Shown here one piece after another: positions 61,641 through 64,000 of a stretch of 64,000 bases of DNA. A program made the position numbers and the translations under genes. Source of the stretch: Eukaryota sp. GEM-RC1 (Eukaryota); contig JAUFOQ010000006.1 of NCBI GenBank assembly GCA_040285855.1, forward strand, positions 558,001 to 622,000, given 5' to 3'. How positions within the stretch are numbered: the first letter of the stretch is position 1; each line of letters begins with the position of its first letter. The notes below the pieces were generated by a model, which was given only the letters and a program-made list of their open reading frames with translations, searched no databases and had not been told where the DNA came from.

Positions 61641-61912
61641 TATGTGGTGTCTGTGGATGACCGCAAAAGACTTCCTTAAAGAATGCTTATTCTGAAACTT
61701 CCCCTTTAGACATTTCTGAACAAGCCAAACAGGATAAGTACAAAAAACCATTAATCGCTCCAACATATGTAAAACATGTTGAATATGAATTACGTTCTTT
61801 TGCTGTTTCCAATTTACGGACGTTTAGGAAAAAGTGCACTGAATTATTTGAACGATTTCGGAAAAAATCGTTAAATATACGATGAACCAACGTTTTGATC
61901 ATATGTTATGGA

Positions 61913-62575
61913 TAGGGATGGGCGAACTCCAACTCGACTTCACTCCAAACAATCAATTTTACCAGTGAACTTCACTCCAACTTTTCTTCACTCCAACTCA
62001 GGTCACTTGTAGACTTCACTTCACACAAATTTGTTCAATTTTTGTCTTCATAAAATTCCTCTCATTTGACGCTTTTGGCACTTCTTTTAGGTATACACAA
62101 CGGTGACTCAATGTGATACGATTCACACTAAAACAAAAACTGTTCGATATACACCGTGGTGATGTCATCACAATGAATCTTTCTATTATTTTATGCAAGT
62201 TTCAGCGCTTACTAAAGAAGAGTTTCAGAAATTATTTCAAAATCTGTGTTCAGAATTTGGTATGAAGTTTAAACAGGTCTTGTATGACGATAGTTTTATT
62301 TTTTTTGGCCTTTTAAGCGAATGCATAGATAAGTATATTTTCTTTTTGGTCAATGATAACTACAAATGGTGTAACTGCCCTTGATATAGGTGCTTTTCGC
62401 AAATTGTGGATAATACTTACTTAGGAATTCTAATGAAATAGCAAGTTTCACTCCAACTCGACTTACTCGTAGAATTTTGACAGAACTCCAACTCGACTCC
62501 AACTCGTAGAAATTTGGAGTGAAGTGGAGTTTGGAGTCTTGGAGTAGAACTCGAGTGGAGTTTTGCCCATCCCTA
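61913..62575. mobile_element. hAT-type MITE carrying a non-LTR fragment
   Basis: TIR TAGGGATGGGC(G/A)AACTCC, partial TSD GTTAT, ACTCCA subrepeats. Confidence 0.8.
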
Positions 62576-63700
62576 GTTATTTTGATCTTTGGCTTGATCA
62601 TCGTTTTCTCTCATTCTCCCCGTGTTCATGGTTAATTGGTCTGCAAGATCAGATTGAGAACCTTGTTGGTGATATCTGGGCGTCTCTTTTCCCCATATCT
62701 GTTACTGAGATCCATCAAAGAAGTTTGTTCTCCTTACCACTATATGTCCGTAAATTGCAGAAGCAATTTATTAACTATCAGTTTGTTCATTTAAGATCAA
62801 TTATTCACAACAGTTTACGTGATCAATGTTTAGAATTGTTTACGAGCAATGATTTTCATGGGAAAATCGAACCATTTTTAAAAACCTTGTCTGACTCAAT
62901 TATGAGAGATAAGACCAGAGGTGATTTGATTGGTCCTTGGTTGTCCTGTCAAGAAATACTTATGGACTTTCCTACGGTTGATCCTTGTAACTCAACTTCT
63001 GTTAACAAAATTTTAGACGAAAACTATTCAGCTCTTGACAGTGCTGAAAGGAAAAATTTAAATCGTTATGGCGAATCAATTTCCAAGATGAAATCTCGCC
63101 GACACAATCCTTTTGTTTTCCATCCTTTTGCTATTTTTCTTTATGGAACGTTTGGTTGCTTCGATCAACAATTTCTCACAGATTTTGGCAAATTGTGTAA
63201 ACAGTATGGAAAGAAAAGGGGATGGTGACTTCTATATCTAGCGCTTTATTATCTCTTGGCAGACACTATGAGGATAAGGTAGGTGAGAATTTCCAGATAG
63301 GCAATCTGGACTTTGAACTTAAACTTCAGTTTAGATCGATTTAACACAATGCTGTTCGTGATGTTACGTATGAAATGTTTAAATTTCATGGGTTTAATGG
63401 GAAAATCGAACCTCTTCTTAAGCATTATAGTGATGATAATATTACCAATTCTTGACAAGGTGATCTCATTGTTCCATATCTTGATTCTTGTGAACCAGTG
63501 ATAGATTTTACTACTGTTGATCCATGTGCAAAAGTATGTTTGAATTCAGTTTCAAGTGACACTGAAAAACATTTATCCAAAGCTGAAAAAAGAAAGATTA
63601 GTACATATTCTGACACAATGAACAAACTGAATTCCAATTTGTATTCTTCTTTTAAGTTCATTCCTTTTGCTATTTCAATTCTTGGAAATACGTATTGGAA
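62576..63700 (+). pseudogene. Two adjacent REL-endonuclease non-LTR retrotransposon remnants
   Basis: HNSLRD..IEP..RGDL..D..TVDPC..AE.K..Y..F.PFA..G, repeated as HNAVRD..IEP..GDL..DFTTVDPC..AEKRK..Y..FIPFAISILG. Confidence 0.7.
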
Positions 63701-63937
63701 TTGCTGCTGAAAATTTCTTTGATGCCTTTTTACAGTTGTGCCGTAACCGTAGGTAAAATATGAATCAGTCTCTTTGGCGCAATCGCATTGTTTTTTCCTT
63801 ATATAGAAGTTTTCCAAGGTATTTGAATCGTATTCTAAACAAATTGTATCGTGGTAGTTCAAGATTAGATGTGTATCATTTAATAATTTTTAAGTACTAG
63901 TTGTTTGTATTTCGGTAATTTACTAGTATATCTGTAC

Positions 63938-64000
63938 CATGGAACGCAAATGTTCCGTACCGGAGCGATTTTCGGCGTACCGTACCGTACCGTACGTACG
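63938..64000 (+). mobile_element. Left end of hAT-type MITE family A (runs off the window)
   Basis: CATGGAACGCAAATGTTCCGTACC and CGTAC repeats. Confidence 0.85.

Overview
AT-rich, gene-dense eukaryotic (protist-like) nuclear DNA with very short (29-31 nt) GT-AG introns and heavy transposon load. Host genes: family X DNA polymerase, tandem GNAT pair, kinesin, BTB-Sel1, AzgA-like permease, GT92-like glycosyltransferase, an inverted pair of Ser/Thr kinases, MMS19, RRS1, Alba, SDR, DnaJ, ERG8-type phosphomevalonate kinase, CKS1 and RING-kinase-Sel1. There is also a tRNA-Asp and an orphan LSU rRNA fragment. Many hAT/MITE elements carry clean TIRs and TSDs, and there are remnants of REL-type non-LTR retrotransposons. 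Many genes are split by 1-nt indels in homopolymers, so frameshifts here most likely reflect assembly error. The standout is a ~4.6 kb minus-strand cassette (about 8170-12760). Joined across such indels, it reads as one polyprotein: a 105-bp tandem repeat of 7-nt-loop hairpins, a canonical 2A/StopGo motif (DIESNPGP), a NEDP1/SENP8-like C48 protease, a CCHC zinc knuckle and a Fanzor1-type RNA-guided nuclease with all three RuvC acidic residues. A tetraloop-capped structured RNA (candidate omega RNA) overlaps the stop codon. All family calls are by motif recognition only; no searches were run.
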